A stretch of DNA of 64,000 nucleotides from Candidatus Saccharimonadales bacterium (GTDB lineage: Bacteria; Patescibacteriota; Saccharimonadia; Saccharimonadales; JBBQAJ01), in the NCBI GenBank assembly GCA_038206875.1, contig JBBRAK010000002.1, positions 12,333 to 76,332 on the forward strand. The letters run 5' to 3'. The position numbers and the translations under genes were made by a program. The notes beneath the pieces are model-generated. The model saw only the letters and a program-made list of their open reading frames with translations. It was not told the origin of the DNA and did no database searches. Shown one piece after another: positions 35,570 to 47,336 of the stretch (its first letter is position 1; every line of letters begins with the position of its first letter).

Positions 35570-36733
35570 ATGTCAAAAAAAGGGATCTACCTAGATCATG
35601 CCGCGGCTACTCCGATGGACGACCGGGTCTTGACTGCAATGATGCCGTATTTCACCGGCAAATTTTATAATCCATCAGCTACTTATCTTGCCGCAACAAA
35701 CGTAAAAGCTGAACTAGGAAAAGCCAGGGAAGTCGTGGCGCACTGGCTGGGCGCACGACCCGGAAACATCATATTTACCGCAGGAGGAACAGAGGCTAAT
35801 AATTTGGCATTGTTTGGGGTGGCTAAAAATTATCCAAAAAACCACATAGTAAGTTCGGCAATTGAACATGAATCAATTTTAAACCCACTTAAACAGCTTA
35901 AAAATACCGGCAATAGCTATACTTTGGTAGCGCCAAAACCAAGTGGTGCAATCGACCCTGGCAGGATTGCGAAATCTATTTCGGACAAAACTGTGTTGGT
36001 GAGTGTAATGTATGCCAACAACGAAATAGGTACTATCCAGGACATCAAACAAATTTCCTCAGAAGTTGCCAAAATTCGAGCACACAGACGAAAATCTGGA
36101 AATAAACTGCCTATTTATTTACACACCGATGCATGTCAGGCGACGGCATATTTGGACCTGCATGTAGCAAGAATTGGTGTAGATTTGATGACTCTAAACG
36201 GCGGAAAAATATATGGACCAAAGCAGAGTGGCGTTCTATATGTGGGGAGTCAGGTAAATCTCAGTCCTATTGTATTTGGGGGTGGTCAGGAGCTCGGGCT
36301 TCGAAGCGGTACAGAAAACGTGGCTGGAAACATTGGTTTTGCTACTGCTTTGAGTTTGGTTCAGTCTAGTAGAGATTCCGAGCGGGCCAGACTTCAAAAA
36401 CTGCAATCACTTTTTATCGGTGAACTTATGAATAAAATTCCAAGTGCAGTTATAAATGGTTCCATGAATCACAGATTACCCAATAATGTTCACATTACCA
36501 TTCCCGGTACCGATAACGAACGATTAGTTTTTGGGCTGGATGAGGCTGGTGTGCAATGTGCGGCTGGTTCAGCATGTAGTGCCAGCAATGACGAGCCATC
36601 GCATGTGTTGAAGTCCGTGGGTTTAAGTGACAAAGATGCTCAATCCTCTTTGCGATTTAGCATGGGTAAGTCAACATCAGAAACTGATGTTCGAAAGACC
36701 GTTTTTGAGCTGGCTAAAATAGTTGCAAGCTGA
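35570..36733 (+). CDS. cysteine desulfurase (class V aminotransferase, NifS/YrvO-like)
   Basis: 387 aa. GGTEANN, the PLP-Lys region NGGKIYGPK, and the active-site Cys loop AAGSACSAS. Confidence 0.88.
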   Translation: MSKKGIYLDHAAATPMDDRVLTAMMPYFTGKFYNPSATYLAATNVKAELGKAREVVAHWLGARPGNIIFTAGGTEANNLALFGVAKNYPKNHIVSSAIEHESILNPLKQLKNTGNSYTLVAPKPSGAIDPGRIAKSISDKTVLVSVMYANNEIGTIQDIKQISSEVAKIRAHRRKSGNKLPIYLHTDACQATAYLDLHVARIGVDLMTLNGGKIYGPKQSGVLYVGSQVNLSPIVFGGGQELGLRSGTENVAGNIGFATALSLVQSSRDSERARLQKLQSLFIGELMNKIPSAVINGSMNHRLPNNVHITIPGTDNERLVFGLDEAGVQCAAGSACSASNDEPSHVLKSVGLSDKDAQSSLRFSMGKSTSETDVRKTVFELAKIVAS

Positions 36734-36891
36734 GATGCCTGGTACTATACTGGTAATGGTTTCAATCTAACAGATATGTTATTTTCAAAAATCAAACAAT
36801 ATATGACTATTCATCGTTTGCTGGCTTTCGCGGGTCTTTTTATACTTGTTTATATTAGTTTTTAGTACAGCCTTTTTGCGACTGAACGAAC

Positions 36892-36944
36892 CCGCTTTGT
36901 GAGAAATCTATCATAAGCGGTTTGTCGCATGTAAACATAAGCGG
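36892..36944. promoter_or_regulatory. dyad plus repeated half-site upstream of the ATPase cluster
   Basis: CCGCTT (36892-36897) is inverted relative to CATAAGCGG (36912-36920). A second CATAAGCGG lies at 36936-44, 24 bp later. Confidence 0.3.
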
Positions 36945-37145
36945 ATTATAGGTTTCATTACAGGTGTTTTTGGCGTATATTTAGTACTAAGGATTAAAGA
37001 GAGTTTATGGGTACTATTCATACTGTTTCAAAAACCATTGTCAATACCATTCATACCACCGTGTGTGAACGAGGTAATGAGATGCTTTTATATCCTTTGG
37101 CAGGAGTTTTTGCAGTCTATAAATAAAGCAGGTGGGGGCATATAA

Positions 37146-37769
37146 GTGGAGCTTTGGTGGGTAATCATAATACTGGTCAGTTTGCTAGCATCAACTCTAG
37201 CATTTGTTTATTTGGCAGTACAAATTACACCCAAAGGTGGCAAAAACTTACATAACGGCAAAGACCCATATACCGAGCTTGCAGAAAAAGACGTGGAACA
37301 CATTTTCAATGATGAATTCCGACAAGAATTGCGCAACAGGGGTCGTCTCCATTTCGAAAAAATTATTGGTGAAAACGCCATGTTTTTGCAACAGGACTTA
37401 CGGCTGACCACTTCGCAACTAAACGAATACATGAAAAGTGAAATTAATAGCAAGTTGCAAGAAGAATTTGCCAAATATGAAGAATCTATTTCCGACGCCA
37501 AAAATTTGGCCCTAGAATCAATAACCAAAACCCAAGATGCGATTGAACAACAACGTCAGATGATGAGTCAACAGCTGACTGAGGAAGTTGCCGACGAAAA
37601 AGCTCGTCTTGTCAAACGGTTTGAGGAAAACATGGCGGATATTGTAAATCACTATGTTCTAGCAGCCGTCGGTAGCCAGATTGATTTAAACGATCAGCTT
37701 GAATATATATTGGGAGAACTGGAAGAAAACAAAAAAAATATTATAGAGGACATAACACATGGTGGATGA
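37146..37769 (+). CDS. atpF: F-type ATPase subunit b-like (N-terminal TM plus long coiled coil)
   Basis: GTG start with GGTGGGGG at 37132-37139. One TM followed by a helical Glu/Lys/Gln-rich rod. Its position ahead of delta supports the call. Confidence 0.65.
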   Translation: MELWWVIIILVSLLASTLAFVYLAVQITPKGGKNLHNGKDPYTELAEKDVEHIFNDEFRQELRNRGRLHFEKIIGENAMFLQQDLRLTTSQLNEYMKSEINSKLQEEFAKYEESISDAKNLALESITKTQDAIEQQRQMMSQQLTEEVADEKARLVKRFEENMADIVNHYVLAAVGSQIDLNDQLEYILGELEENKKNIIEDITHGG

Positions 37770-38301
37770 GCCGAAATATCAGTTACGTCTTCCTTTTGCC
37801 GTAGTTACCAGGGCAGATGTAGGCAGGTTGATAGGTGAAGCTGAAGCTATCGACAATTTTTTACGTCAGGCAGCCATCCGCAAACCTGGCACTGCTTTGG
37901 TTTTGCCAAAATCTAGCCAGGTATTCGAGGACATCATAGATATGAACAAACTAAATATGTTGCATGAAACTGACAGAAAAAAACTGTTCCAGTTTTTGCA
38001 GGCAATTCGAGCGACTGCACCTATATTGCACATGGGGTTTAGTTCTGACCCGTCGCCGGTTTTTCAACAGAAGCTAGTTACTTGGATTAGACAGCAGATG
38101 CACCCGTATTTGTTGTTACAGATAGGACTTCAGCCAAATATTGGCGCCGGATGCGTAGTGCGCTCTACGAATAAATTTTACGACTTTAGTTTGCGTGAAC
38201 GATTCAAATCCCAACGCAAGCTATTGATATCCAAAATGCGAAGCACCGACGAACTAGTCTCTGTTATGCAAAACAATATTTTAGAGAAAGCACCCGAATG
38301 A
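37759..38301 (+). CDS. atpH: F-type ATPase subunit delta (OSCP)-like
   Basis: C-terminal [26 protein letters not shown] resembles the delta motif (DPSLIGG..G....D.S). Overlaps both neighbours. Confidence 0.65.
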   Translation: MVDEPKYQLRLPFAVVTRADVGRLIGEAEAIDNFLRQAAIRKPGTALVLPKSSQVFEDIIDMNKLNMLHETDRKKLFQFLQAIRATAPILHMGFSSDPSPVFQQKLVTWIRQQMHPYLLLQIGLQPNIGAGCVVRSTNKFYDFSLRERFKSQRKLLISKMRSTDELVSVMQNNILEKAPE

Positions 38302-39916
38302 ACTCGGGAAATAAACATTTTGACAAGTTGGTTGCCACCGGAAGCCCTGTTGGAGACGTTATTGCTGTAGACAAATTTTTGGTAAAAGTTAACGGTTTAC
38401 AGCCTTGTAATGTCCACGCGCTTATAATGTTCGAAGACGGTAGTAAGGGATTTGTTCACCAAGTACTCGCTGACCATGTAGTCGTCTTGCATTTGGGTAG
38501 CACCATGCTCAGGGTTGGCATGATTAGCGTGGTTCAACATCAATCATTAGTATGTAAAGTTGGCAAAGATTTTGTGGGGAGAGTTATTTCGGTTATGGGT
38601 GAACCAATTGATGGAAAGGGGCCGATTGCAGCTGACGCGGTTTGGCCTGTTTTCAACTCAGCACCTCCGTTGTATGCTCGCAAACTTTTGGACACACAAC
38701 TGGAAAGTGGTGTCACGGTTATTGATTCACTGTTTCCAGTTCTTCGTGGACAGCGTATGGCGCTTCTGGGAGACGGGAAGTCCGGCAAGAGTACATTGGT
38801 AACTCAACTAACAATAAATCAGAAAAATACGAACCAAACAGTTGTATATGTTTTAATTGCAAAACGTAGAAGTGACGTTGACATGCTACTAACGCAACTT
38901 GAAGCAAATGGTGGTTTGGAAAACGCCGTCGTGATTGTTAGTACAATGTTTGAATCACTCATAATGAGCTATATAGCACCATATGTCGGAGCGGCTATTG
39001 CGGAATATTTATGGCAGGAACTGGCCCAAGATACCATAATTATTTACGATGATTTGACCTCTCACGCCCATGCTTATCGAGAAGTTGCGCTGATGTCGGG
39101 CGTGAGCCCGGGTCGAGACTCCTACCCTGGCGACATGTTTTATGCGCACTCCTCGTTACTGGAAAGGGCCGGCAGATTGGATAGTAACGGTGCTCATTTG
39201 ACAAGCTTGCCAATTGTAAATGCGGCTGGTGGCGATATTACAGCTTATTTGCCCACAAACATCATGTCTATTACAGACGGACAATGGATACTAGATATGG
39301 ATATTTTTCGCAATGGAATACGCCCAGCGCTTAATATTGGTCTAAGCGTGACTCGTGTTGGGGGTGTTGGTCATAATAAGCGTCAAAAGGCACTGGCCGC
39401 CCAGACTCTCAAGCTATTAGCAGACTATCGCCAAGCAGAAGAATTTTCTCATTTTGGCTCGGAACTGGCTCTTGAAGCCAAAAAAGCCCTCCAGATAGGA
39501 AAGAATATTTTTGAAATGTTGACCCAGTCGCCGTCTGACACTTATTCATTAATCGCACAACAACTGATGTTGGATATAATTCTAAATGCAAATGAGGGTG
39601 AATCTTTAGATATATCGGCTATGAAGTTGCATGTAGTGGATTTGGCCACTAAAGTATCCAGCGACGAGGATTATGAAAAAATCAAACTTGAACTAAAATC
39701 CAAATCCAGCACCGTCCTAAAAGGTGCACCTACTCCAGCATCACACACCGAGACTTCCGAATCTGTTGCTGGCACCGTTTTCAAGCCTGACGACGACGGA
39801 CAGAAGGATAATGAGGATTCTAAAAAAGACAATAGCGCTTCTGATGAGCAAAAACCAGCAAAACATAACGAAAATCACGCCAAAGTACCTGCGAGCGAAG
39901 AGTCGGAGTTCAAATC

Positions 39917-39920
<4 letters not shown>
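38298..39920 (+). CDS. atpA: F-type ATPase subunit alpha (divergent, with acidic C-terminal tail)
   Basis: [35 protein letters not shown] and [16 protein letters not shown] match alpha. Walker A is GDGKSGKS rather than GDRQTGKT. About 60 extra low-complexity residues at the C-terminus. Confidence 0.85.
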
Positions 39921-42087
<2,167 letters not shown>

Positions 42088-42217
42088 GTTATTTAAGTTA
42101 CAATCGACCCCTGGGATTAAGGTTATTAAATTTGGTGAGTGTAGCATGGCAGACGTAAAAGAATCCCAGCCAATAGAATTAAATACAAAAGAAAAAGCAA
42201 AGGGGGACAATACACAC

Positions 42218-42454
42218 ATGCACGTAAAAGTGTATGCTCCGTTCAAAGTGTATTACGACGGCATGGCAGAAAGTATCTCGGCAGAAAACCAGACTGGCCC
42301 ATTTGACATTTTAGCCTCTCATCACAACTTTATGACACTCCTCAGTGCCTGCGAGATGACAGTCAGAAACGACGGTAAAGAAGAAAAAATAAAAATTGAC
42401 AGAGGAATAATGCACGTCAAAAAAAACGCTGTCATAGTTTTTCTAGATGTTTAG
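42218..42454 (+). CDS. atpC: F-type ATPase subunit epsilon, beta-sandwich domain only
   Basis: Start preferred at ATG 42218 (GGGGG at 42202-42206); the maximal ORF starts at 42146. MHVKVYAPFKVYYDG..GPFDILASHHNFMTLL fits the epsilon N-terminal domain. No C-terminal helical hairpin. Confidence 0.7.
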   Translation: MHVKVYAPFKVYYDGMAESISAENQTGPFDILASHHNFMTLLSACEMTVRNDGKEEKIKIDRGIMHVKKNAVIVFLDV

Positions 42455-42536
42455 TTTCAGGACCTAAAGTCAAAATAGACTGTAGTTTAAGAACAGATTT
42501 CTGTAGTTCGAAATTATAGTCTAGAATATAGCAACG

Positions 42537-43634
42537 ATGAAAACAGTCTATGTAGGAATGAGTGGTGGTGTCGACAGTTCAGTAACTGCAGCTTTGCTTA
42601 AAAAGCAGGGATATAACGTCGTAGGCGTGTATATGAAAAACTGGACCAAAGATTTGCCAGGCATGCCGTGTCCATGGAAAGAAGATTACCAAGATGCCAA
42701 AAGGGTGGCAGTACAACTAAAAATAGACTTCAAAGTATTTGATTTTCAAAAACAATACCATCAAAAAGTAGTTGACTACATGATTGCGCAGTACAAATCT
42801 GGCAAGACTCCAAACCCGGATATTATGTGTAACCAAGAAGTTAAATTCAAACTGTTCTTAAATACCGCGCTGGAGGACGGTGCAGATTTGATTGCTACCG
42901 GTCACTATGCCCGAATCCTACAAGCTCCAGACCAAAATTCTAAACCTTCAAAACTCCAGAGCCAGCTTCATACGGCACAGAATCAAGAAAAGGATCAGAC
43001 GTATTTTCTATATAGAGTCAGCCAAGACGCATTGTCAAAAAGCCTAATGCCAATTGGTGAGTTCAAAACCAAGTCCGAAGTTCGCATGTTGGCAAAGAAA
43101 TTAGGCTTAGCCACTGCCGACAAAAAAGATAGTCAAGGAATATGCTTTGTAGGGAAAGTGGGTATTCGAGAATTCCTACAGCAGTATGTTTCTACTACAC
43201 CAGGACTTATTTTTGATCAGGCTGGGCAGGAGATAGGACAGCACGACGGAGCGATATTTTACACAATTGGCCAACGCCATGGTTTGGATGTGGGCGGGGG
43301 ATTACCATACTACGTAACTGGCAAAAACATGAAAAAAAACGAAGTATATGTGACGACAAATCTTGATGATGAAAAACTGTGGAGCGACACTTTAAATCTA
43401 ACTGATATACATTGGATTAACGGAGTGCCTGATTTTACCAAAAGTTACTCTGTTAGGAGTCGGTACAGAGCACCACTGGTTAATGCCACGCTACAGGTAG
43501 TGTCAGGCGTAGTGAAAAATAACAAAAATACGCTACAGGTAGTGTTGTCAGACAAAATTAGGGCTGTTACTCCGGGTCAATCAACAGTTATTTATGACGG
43601 AACCAAAGTTTTGGGCGGTGGGGTCGTCATATAG
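42537..43634 (+). CDS. mnmA: tRNA 2-thiouridine(34) synthase
   Basis: PP-loop GMSGGVDSSV and GICFVG. 365 aa. Confidence 0.92.
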   Translation: MKTVYVGMSGGVDSSVTAALLKKQGYNVVGVYMKNWTKDLPGMPCPWKEDYQDAKRVAVQLKIDFKVFDFQKQYHQKVVDYMIAQYKSGKTPNPDIMCNQEVKFKLFLNTALEDGADLIATGHYARILQAPDQNSKPSKLQSQLHTAQNQEKDQTYFLYRVSQDALSKSLMPIGEFKTKSEVRMLAKKLGLATADKKDSQGICFVGKVGIREFLQQYVSTTPGLIFDQAGQEIGQHDGAIFYTIGQRHGLDVGGGLPYYVTGKNMKKNEVYVTTNLDDEKLWSDTLNLTDIHWINGVPDFTKSYSVRSRYRAPLVNATLQVVSGVVKNNKNTLQVVLSDKIRAVTPGQSTVIYDGTKVLGGGVVI

Positions 43635-43679
43635 TTTCACCAGGTTTCAATTTACCAACAAGTAGAATACAATCTAAGT

Positions 43680-44084
43680 ATGTATAAAAACATCCTATTT
43701 ATAGAGGATGAGCAATTTATTGCCGAAATGTATGCAGAAATTCTGCGTCAAGAGGGCTATAACCTGCAACTTGAGGGTGATGGCCAAAAGGGCTATGAAC
43801 TGGCCAGTACTGGAAAGTACGACCTTGTTTTGTTAGACATTATGCTCCCTGGAATGGCCGGGATAGATATACTCAAACGACTAAGGGATTCTAAACTGTC
43901 TCCCAATTTTACACCTGACCACCACATAATAGTTCTAACCAATCTAGACGAAGATGATCTGACCAAAAAAACAATCAGTGAATTAGCTCAAGGCTACTAT
44001 ACGAAAGTTGATATCACACCACACAAGTTGGTTGAAACTCTGAAACAAATGAACGAACCAAACACAGTCGATGACGAAAAGTAG
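43680..44084 (+). CDS. single-domain response regulator (receiver only)
   Basis: Receiver pattern ILFIEDE .. DLVLLDIMLPGMAGIDILKRLR. No output domain, and no kinase gene nearby. Confidence 0.85.
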   Translation: MYKNILFIEDEQFIAEMYAEILRQEGYNLQLEGDGQKGYELASTGKYDLVLLDIMLPGMAGIDILKRLRDSKLSPNFTPDHHIIVLTNLDEDDLTKKTISELAQGYYTKVDITPHKLVETLKQMNEPNTVDDEK

Positions 44085-44106
44085 CTAATCTGTTAGACTT
44101 TCTCTT

Positions 44107-45993
44107 ATGAATGCACAGGAAATCAGGCGAGCATATTTAGATTTTTTTGCGAAAAGCGGACACAAATCTATCCCCAGGGCGCTTTTGGTTCCGTACAACG
44201 ATCCAACTACGCTTTTTACCGGTTCGGGTATGCAACCACTAATTCCCTATTTATTGGGCGAAAAACACCCCGACGGCACTCGGATAGTTAATAGCCAAAC
44301 CTGTCTGCGTGCGCAAGATATAGATGAAGTCGGTGACAACAGCCACACCACATTCTTTGAAATGCTAGGGAACTGGAGCCTAGGTGACTACTTTAAAAAA
44401 GATCAAATTCCATGGTTTTTTGAGTTTTTGACAGAGGTAGTTGGGCTGAACCCCGAGAAGCTATATGTTACTTGTTTTATTGGTGACAAAAAACATGGCA
44501 TTGCTCGAGATGATGAGTCGGCTAAAATCTGGCAGGAATTATTTGCAACCAAAAATATCACGGCAGAAATTGTCGAGATTGGCAGTCAGAGTGATGGAGA
44601 TAAACGAGGCATCAAGCCCGGAGAACGCATATTTTTCTATGATGATGGTGAAAATTGGTGGTCACGTGGTGGCGGAATCGACAAAACGCCAGTGGGGGAT
44701 CCCTGTGGACCGGATAGCGAAGTGTTTTATGACTTCGGGCCTCAGAACCATGCTGAAGGTTACGGCGAACCGCACCCAGCCAGCGACTCTGGTCGCTTTA
44801 TGGAAATTGGCAACCAAGTGTTCATGCAGTATAAGAGAACCAAATCCGGTTTTGAAGAGCTGGCGAAGCCAAATGTTGATTTTGGTGGTGGGCTGGAACG
44901 AATCGCGGCTGCCAAAATTGAAAGCCCAGACGTGTTCAAAATTAGCATTTTGTGGCCAATTATCGAAGAGCTTCAGAAGTTATCCGGCAAAAATTATGAA
45001 AGTCACACCGAAAGCATGCGTGTGATTGCCGACCATTTACGAGCGGCAACATTTCTTGCAGTTGATGGTATCACGCCAAACAACAAAGAACAGGGTTATG
45101 TAATGCGACGGCTGGTCCGCCGAGCTATACGCTTTGCCTTTGAGCTTGGCATTGAACAAAATTTCTTAAAACAAGTCGTGCCAGTTATTTCAGACATGTA
45201 CCTAGAGGATTATTCTGAAGTTGAAAAAAACAGAGACAAAGTTATCGAGATTCTAGCCAAGGAGGAAAAAGTTTTTCGGCAAACATTAAGAAAGGGTCTC
45301 AAGGAATTCAAAAAACTGACCGAAAACGGTCTGACGGGCAAAGAAGTTTTTACCCTTTATGATACTTACGGTTTTCCTCTGGAGCTAAGCCTTGAGGAAG
45401 CCTACAAGCAGGATGTAAAAATTTCTGACAGCTGGCAAAAAGAGTTTGATGCTTTGATGGCAGAGCAGAGAGCTAGGAGTCAAACAGCTAGTAAAGGCAC
45501 TTTCAAAGGTGGGCTGGGGGGTTCTAATATCCAGCACAAAAAATACCATACGGCAACGCACCTGATGTACCAAGCCTTGCGAGATGTATTGGGTGATCAT
45601 GTAGTTCAAAATGGCAGTAATATTACTGAAGAGCGACTGCGGTTTGATTTTAGTCATCCAGAAAAGGTGACTCAGGAGCAGATTAAGCAAGTGGAAAACA
45701 TTGTAAACGAACAGATTACAAAAGATTTGAAAGTCAGTTTTGAGGAGTTCCCAACAAAAGTTGCTATCGAAGAAAAAGGTGCCCTCGGACAGTTTGGTGA
45801 CAGGTATGGCGATACGGTAAAAGTTTACAAAATGATTGCGGATGGTACCGAAAAGCCCTATAGTTTTGAAATCTGTGGTGGTCCGCATGTTGACCACACC
45901 TTACAGCTAGCAGAGGACAACAAGAAATTCAAAATCATAAAAGAAGAAAGCTCGAGCGCAGGCATTCGGCGTATTAAAGCTGTTCTAGCTTAG
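44107..45993 (+). CDS. alaS: alanyl-tRNA synthetase (short form without C-Ala domain)
   Basis: Catalytic core plus editing-domain motifs HTATHLM and CGGPHV. 628 aa against about 870 for canonical AlaRS. Confidence 0.9.
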   Translation: MNAQEIRRAYLDFFAKSGHKSIPRALLVPYNDPTTLFTGSGMQPLIPYLLGEKHPDGTRIVNSQTCLRAQDIDEVGDNSHTTFFEMLGNWSLGDYFKKDQIPWFFEFLTEVVGLNPEKLYVTCFIGDKKHGIARDDESAKIWQELFATKNITAEIVEIGSQSDGDKRGIKPGERIFFYDDGENWWSRGGGIDKTPVGDPCGPDSEVFYDFGPQNHAEGYGEPHPASDSGRFMEIGNQVFMQYKRTKSGFEELAKPNVDFGGGLERIAAAKIESPDVFKISILWPIIEELQKLSGKNYESHTESMRVIADHLRAATFLAVDGITPNNKEQGYVMRRLVRRAIRFAFELGIEQNFLKQVVPVISDMYLEDYSEVEKNRDKVIEILAKEEKVFRQTLRKGLKEFKKLTENGLTGKEVFTLYDTYGFPLELSLEEAYKQDVKISDSWQKEFDALMAEQRARSQTASKGTFKGGLGGSNIQHKKYHTATHLMYQALRDVLGDHVVQNGSNITEERLRFDFSHPEKVTQEQIKQVENIVNEQITKDLKVSFEEFPTKVAIEEKGALGQFGDRYGDTVKVYKMIADGTEKPYSFEICGGPHVDHTLQLAEDNKKFKIIKEESSSAGIRRIKAVLA

Positions 45994-46031
45994 CCGGAAT
46001 AACCCCTGTTTATGGTACAATAATAGCGATT

Positions 46032-47336
46032 ATGCTCAAAAAAATTAAAGAGTTGAAAACAGCTGCCATCTCGCGAGTTCCAAATAGAAAACAAGGAAAA
46101 TCAACCGGTAAATATATTGTCGGACTCGACATAGGTACTGAATTTGTAAAAGTGCTCATAGCAAAAGTTGAAGGCGACAATTTGAATATAATTGGAGTTG
46201 GACGAGAACACCAAGGCTTAACAGACATGCAAGCAGGGGCTATTTCGGATATTGCAGGTGTGGTTCGAAATTGTGACAAAGCACTTTCCGAGGCAGAGGC
46301 GCAAGCAGGGGTTAGTGTGCGGTCCGCGGTAATCGGAATTGCCGGAGAGTTAGTAAAAGGCACGACAACCACTGTACGCATAAGACGTAAAAACCCTGAC
46401 AAACAGCTTGATATGACCGAAACAGAGCAAATTATTGGACTTGTACAAGAGCGAGCACTAGAAAAAGCTAAGCACCAAATAGCTTGGGAGATGGGTGGAA
46501 GAGACGTAGAGATAAGATTAGTAAATAGTGCGCTGGTTAGAATAGATATTGACGGCTATGCTGTGACTAATCCAATCGGTTTTCAGGGTAAAGAAGTTGT
46601 AGTTCAGTTATATACGGCTTTTGCGCCTTTGATACACATTGGTGCTCTAGAGCGTACTGCTCAAGAATTAGACTTAGATTTAGTCGCAGTGGCTGCTGAA
46701 CCATTTGCAGTAGCCCGTTCTGTGATAGGAAATGATTCTGACGCCACGACTAGTGCTGTGCTTATGGATGTTGGAGGTGGTACCACAGATATTGCCGTAC
46801 TTCACGACGGTGGTGTGCAAGGCACCAAAATGTTTGGTATAGGTGGTAGAGCGTTTACCAGATCAATTGAAAGAGAGCTGGACCTAACTTTTGCCCAGGC
46901 GGAAGATTTCAAGCTGGCTTACGGCGCCGGGCATGTTACTGCCACTAAAGCAACAGATATCAAGCATGCCCTAGACAAAACTTTAGATGTTTGGCTGAGT
47001 GGTATAGAATTAGCACTTGGTGAATTTACTATGACAGACCATTTACCTAACCAGCTTTTATTGTGTGGCGGTGGTTCAAGTTTGGATATGCTTATGGATA
47101 AACTAGAACAATCAAGTTGGTATAGGGATTTGCCCTTCACAAAACGTCCAGTTGTAAAGCATATTCAGCCAGAAGAAGTTGTTGGAATATATGACAAAAC
47201 TGGTAGTGTAAATGACCATACTTATATAACAGCCATGGGACTGCTAAGAGTTGGACTTGACACGATTCAAATGCAAGATAGCTCAAAATCTACAGGGACA
47301 GTCAAGCAAAGACTCGATAGGATGCTACAAATATGA
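46032..47336 (+). CDS. ftsA: FtsA-like actin-family ATPase
   Basis: GLDIGTEFVKVLIA, DVGGGTTDIAVL, LLLCGGGSSL. No ftsZ follows. Confidence 0.75.
   Translation: MLKKIKELKTAAISRVPNRKQGKSTGKYIVGLDIGTEFVKVLIAKVEGDNLNIIGVGREHQGLTDMQAGAISDIAGVVRNCDKALSEAEAQAGVSVRSAVIGIAGELVKGTTTTVRIRRKNPDKQLDMTETEQIIGLVQERALEKAKHQIAWEMGGRDVEIRLVNSALVRIDIDGYAVTNPIGFQGKEVVVQLYTAFAPLIHIGALERTAQELDLDLVAVAAEPFAVARSVIGNDSDATTSAVLMDVGGGTTDIAVLHDGGVQGTKMFGIGGRAFTRSIERELDLTFAQAEDFKLAYGAGHVTATKATDIKHALDKTLDVWLSGIELALGEFTMTDHLPNQLLLCGGGSSLDMLMDKLEQSSWYRDLPFTKRPVVKHIQPEEVVGIYDKTGSVNDHTYITAMGLLRVGLDTIQMQDSSKSTGTVKQRLDRMLQI

Noticed and set aside
36776-37126. Two sORFs (36776-36865, 29 codons; 37007-37126, 39 codons), considered as candidates for the missing ATPase c subunit or an AtpI-like protein.
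   Set aside because: They are too short for a two-helix c subunit. They lack the Gly-rich helix-1 motif and the conserved carboxylate, and their RBSs are weak.
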